Assembly: GCF_004010195.1 (NCBI RefSeq)
Contig: NC_057720.1
Span: 8,873,491 to 8,937,490, forward strand
Reading direction: 5' to 3'
DNA length: 64,000 bases
Source: Chiloscyllium plagiosum
Taxonomy: Eukaryota
Shown here: positions 59,490 through 64,000 of the stretch, one piece after another
Position numbering within the stretch: the first letter of the stretch is position 1
How the letters are laid out: each line of letters opens with the position of its first letter
Translations under genes and position numbers: made by a program
The notes under the pieces: model-generated
What the model saw: only the letters and a program-made list of their open reading frames with translations
What the model was told of the DNA's origin: nothing
Databases searched by the model: none

Positions 59490-61575
59490 AGTCATACGGT
59501 CATTCAGCAAGGCACCAGACCCTTCAGTCCAACCAGTCCACACTGACTGATTTTCCCAAACTAAACTAGTCCGACTTGCTCGCATTTGACCCATATCCCT
59601 CTAAACCTTTCCTATCGATGTACCTGTCCAAATGTCTTTTAAATGTTGTAACTGTACCTGCATCCACCACTTCCTCTGGCAGTTCATTCCACGTATGAAC
59701 TACCCTCAGTGTGAGAAAGTTCCCTCTCAGTTCCCTGTTAAATCTTTCTCCTCTCACCTTGAAAATATGTCCCCTAGTTTTGAACTCCCCCACCCTAACG
59801 AAAAAACCTTTGCGATTCACCTTATCTATGCCCCTCATGATTTTACAAACCAGTTTAAAGTTACCCCATAACTTTCTATGCTCCACTGAAAAACGTCTCA
59901 GTCTATCCAACCTCTCCTTTTGTCTCAAAACCTCCATTCCTGGCAACATCCTGGTATGTCTTTTCTGAACCCTCTCCAATTTAATAATTTTCCTCCTATA
60001 GCAGGGTGACCAGAACTGTACACAATATTCCACAAGTTACCTCACCAATAGGCCACCTCTCCTGGAATCTCATGAGATCTAACTTTACTAATTAGTCTAC
60101 CTTGCCTATCATTGTCAAAGGCTTTACTAAAGTCATAGAAGTCCTACAGTGTGAAAGCAAGCCATTCAACCCATCAAGCCCACACCAACCCTCCAAAGAG
60201 CAGCCCTGCCCTCTGTAACCCTGCATTCCCCATAGCTAATCCACCTAACCTGCAAATCCCTGAACATTATGGGGCAACTTAGCATGGCCAATGCTCCTAA
60301 CCTGCACATCTTTGGACTGTGGGAGGGAACCAGTAGCCAGAGGAAACCCACACAGATAATATGCAAACTCCAGAGAGACAGTTGCCCAAGGCTGGGATTG
60401 AACCCAGATCTCTGGCACTGTGAGGCAGCAGTGCTAACCACCGAGAAACAATGCCACCCCTGATGTCCATGTCGACAACATTTACCATTCTGTCCTCATC
60501 AATTGTTTTGGGTACATTCTTAAAAAAACTTAATCAAGTTTGTGAGACATGATTTCCCATACACATAGCCATGCTAACTATCCATAATCAGTCCTTGCTT
60601 CTCCAAATGCATGTAAACCCTACTTCTCAGAATCCCCGCCAACAACTTACCCACTAGTAATGTCAGACTCACAGGTCTATAGTTCCCAGGCTTCTTCTTG
60701 CAGCCGTTTTTAAATAAAGGCACAACGTTAGCCATCCTCAGCCTCCAGGACCTCACCTGTGGCTGTAGCTGATAAGAATTCCTCAATTTCTTCCCTATCT
60801 TCCCACAATGTTCTGGGATACTTCATCAGGTCCTGGAGATTTATTCATCTTTATGTGTTCCAACACCTCCTTTTCTGTAATGTGGACCATTTTCATTACA
60901 TCGTATTTATTTCCCTGAATCCCCTAACTTCCATTTTGTTCTCCACAATAAAACTAATGCAAAATATTAATTTAGTATCTCTCCCATCTCCTGTTGTTCC
61001 ACACATAGATGACCCTGTTGATCCTTAAGGGATCCTATTCTCTCCCTAGTTGCTCTTTTACTCTTCATGTATTTGAAGAACCTCTATGGATTATCTTTAA
61101 TCTTATCTGTTTTCTCATATCCCCTTTTTGCCCTCCTAATTTACCCCTTAAGAATTCCCCTACATCCTATATACTCTTCAAGAGATTCATTTGATCCCAG
61201 TTGACTGTACCGATATCTTCTTATTCTTGAACAGAGCCTCATTATCGTTATTCATCAATTTTTCCCTATTCTTACCAGCCTTCCCCTTCATTCTAACAGG
61301 ACCATGGTGCCTATAAACTCTCATTGCCGCACTTTTGAAAGCCTCCCGTTTGCTAGTCATCCCTTTCCCTGCAAACAGTATTTCAGTCAACTCTTGGAAC
61401 TTCCTGTCTCATACCATCACCATTTGCCTTACTCCAATTAAAAACCTTAGCTTTTGTACAAGGCCCATCCTTTTTCATAACTACTTTAAAACTAATAGAA
61501 TTATGATCACTAGTCCCAAAGTACTCCTCCACTTCAGTCACTTACCCTGCCTTTTTTCCTAAGAGGAAGTCAAGT
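59490..61575 (-). mobile_element. CR1 LINE, decayed ORF2, with nested V-SINE (60131-60458, -)
   Basis: EYCVQFWSP...WNELP; ANVVPLFK...PGNYRPVSLT. Confidence 0.92.
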
Positions 61576-61604
61576 TTTGTTTCTTTGCAGCTGGCAAGAG
61601 ACCT

Positions 61605-62260
61605 TAAGACCATAAAATAGAGGAGCAGAAATAGGCTATTCAGCCCATCGAGTGGACTCTGCCATTCAACCATGCCTGATATGATTTGCAATCCCATTCT
61701 CCTGCTTTGTCCTTATAACCTTTGATCACCTTATTAATCAAAACCTAATTACTTCTATCTTAAATACCCTCAATGACTTGACCTCACAAACTTTTATGTT
61801 AATGAGTTGCACAGATGCACTACCCTCTGGCTGAAGAAATTCCCCCTTATCTCAGTTCTACAGGGTCATCCCTTTACTCTGTGCCCTCAGGTCCTAGTCT
61901 GTCTTACAAGAGCAAATATCTTCTCCATGTCAACTCTATCCAGGCCTCCTAGTATTGGGTAAGTTTCAATCACTTCTCCCACCCCTCCACACTCCTAAAT
62001 TCCATCGGGTACAGATCCAGAGTCTCCAACCGCTCCTCATTTGACAAGCCTTTCATCTCCAGCAACATTCTTGTAAACACCCTCTGGACTCCCTCCAACA
62101 TCAGCACATCCTTCATTACATATGATGCCCAAAACTGCTCACAATATTCAAAATTTGCTGTAACCAGAGCTCATACAGACTTAGCACAACCCTGCTCTTC
62201 TGTTCTCGCTTTCTTGAAATGAATTTTGCATGGCACTTACTTTCCTCTCTGCCAACTGAA
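61605..62260 (-). mobile_element. CR1 LINE 3' fragment
   Basis: Reverse complement of the family at 30235-31020. Confidence 0.8.
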
Positions 62261-62327
62261 CCTTATACAAGACTGTAAAGGATGAAACAGACTTCAGTCA
62301 TGGCATTCCATTCATTGTATCAGTTCA

Positions 62328-62457
62328 AGTTCCTGATGAAGGGCTAATGCCTGAAGCATCGATTCTCCTGATCCTTAGATGCTGTCTGACCTGCTGTGCT
62401 TTTCCAGCAACACATTTTCGACTCTGATCTCCAGTGTCTGCAGCCTTCACTTTCTCC
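62328..62457 (+). mobile_element. PLE family A 3' end with decayed hammerhead
   Basis: CTGATGAAGGGCTAATGCCTGAAGCATCGA plus tail. Confidence 0.75.
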
Positions 62458-62696
62458 CATACTTTGTATCAGAAGATTTTGGGTCCAACAACTGTTTCAG
62501 AGACTTGGGAGGGGTATGAGGGAAGGCATTAGAGAAATTGTTTCCCCCACATGGTGATGAGAACAATGGCATCCTGGCATGAAAATTCATGCCACTGGCT
62601 GGCGCACTGGTTCATGACCACCATCTTGCCCCTTGGTTGTTTTCCTGAGGAGAGAATGGGAACAGAGTAACTAATCAGCTATAATGTGGAGGTACC

Positions 62697-62826
62697 AACT
62701 TTCACTGCACTCATTCAAGTGCACATGACAATAAAGTCTGTTCTATTCTATTGTATTCTCTATTCTATTCTATATTCTATTCTACTTCATACTTTATTCT
62801 ATATTCTATTCTATTCCATATTTTAT
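62697..62826 (+). repeat. Rex1-type retroposon tail with (TATTC)n microsatellite
   Basis: ttttcactgca...tgacaataaa followed by TATTC repeats at 62741-62826. Confidence 0.75.
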
Positions 62827-63470
62827 TCTATATTCTATTCTATTCTTTTCTGGGGGCGGATTTGGTGTTGTGACACAATACCAATGTCTGTACAACTGAG
62901 CCAATCCCATCTGCACTAGTGCATGTTGTGCTCACACCTCTGAACAGATCAATTAAAGGGGAGGCTGCCATAGTCCCAGAAAACTATCAGACTGCTCTTT
63001 CATTGTCAGGAGATGACCTGGTGGTGAGTTTAACCTGAGGGTGATCATGTTGTCGGTGAGTGGCAAGGTTAGGAAGGCAGGACCTTCATGGTAACTTCAA
63101 CTAGTGTGGACCCATGCTTATGGCATCACTTGATATCATAAACCAGCCAAGGTGAGCTAATAAAAAATCCCCTTACAAGTTGATTAGAAAATCTGTAGAA
63201 TCTAAATGTCTAGAAAATATCTACGTCTTATTGAGCATTTGATTGTCACCTGCCAGCGAAGAAAGTATTTTCATCCCACTTACAAACTGATCTGGAACAC
63301 TTTGGGAATGGTTATCACAGCTTACCTTTATATGAATCCCTTGCTGTTGTTGATTAATTCTAGTTGCCAATACGTATTTGTCAGATCTACTTTGTTAAAG
63401 TGAGAGGTTATGTAGATTAAGCCTGCTCTGTTGGATTGTAGAGAATGAGTGGCAACGTGATTGAAACATA

Positions 63471-63792
63471 TTAGATTAGATTAGATTACTTACAGTGTGG
63501 AAACAGGCCCTTCGGCCCAACAAGTCCACACCAACCCGCTGAAGTGCAACCCACCCAGACCCATTCCCCTACATTTACCCCTTTGCCTAACACTATGGGC
63601 AATTTAGCATGGCCAATTCACCTAACCTGCACATTTTTGGACTGTGGGAAGAAACCGGAGCACCCAGAGGAAACCCACGCAGACACGGGGAGACCGTGCA
63701 AATTCCACACACAGTCAGTCGCCTGAGGCGGGAATTGAATCCGGGTCTCTGGCACTGTGAGGCAGCAGTGCTAACCACTGTGCCACCATGCC
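63471..63792 (-). mobile_element. V-SINE (young) inserted in an old CR1 fragment
   Basis: Close reverse complement of 4625-4939. Confidence 0.92.
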
Positions 63793-64000
63793 ACAGGTTC
63801 TTAGGGACTGGGTAGGGTATATTTGGAAAGATTGTTTCCTGTTGTGGAGAGTTTAGGAGCAGAGGGAACAATTTCAGAAAAAGGGATCACTAACTTAAGG
63901 CAGAGATGAGGAGTAATCTCTTCTCTCAGCAGTTAATGAATTAGTGGAATTCTTCACCACTGTATTCATGGCTGAGAGAAACGTATTTTTTAATCAGTAA

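Overview
This is eukaryotic, repeat-rich intronic or intergenic DNA. It is most likely a cartilaginous fish (shark), judged from the HE1/V-SINE-type SINEs and their CR1/HER1-type partner LINEs. No intact host gene or intact transposon ORF can be supported, and nearly every ORF in the track comes from a repeat. The window holds about 19 tRNA-headed V-SINE copies, two further SINE families, many decayed CR1 LINEs, RTE and Rex1/Babar fragments, and one decayed Gypsy/Mag-type LTR element (~19.2-23.0 kb). It also has a ~3.1 kb 26-bp minisatellite (39.9-43.0 kb), two assembly gaps and a Penelope-like element (PLE) cluster at 34.3-38.2 kb. The strongest signal is a set of more than 20 minimal type-I hammerhead ribozyme motifs (CTGA[T/A]GA-A-stemII-GAAA-palindromic stemIII) in at least 3 covarying PLE-derived families. 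These are carried by tiny TSD-flanked fold-back elements and by circularly permuted, retrozyme-like ~400-bp units. One fold-back element holds a near-identical 278-bp copy of DNA from 2 kb upstream. Boundaries of old repeats are approximate (about +/-20 bp).
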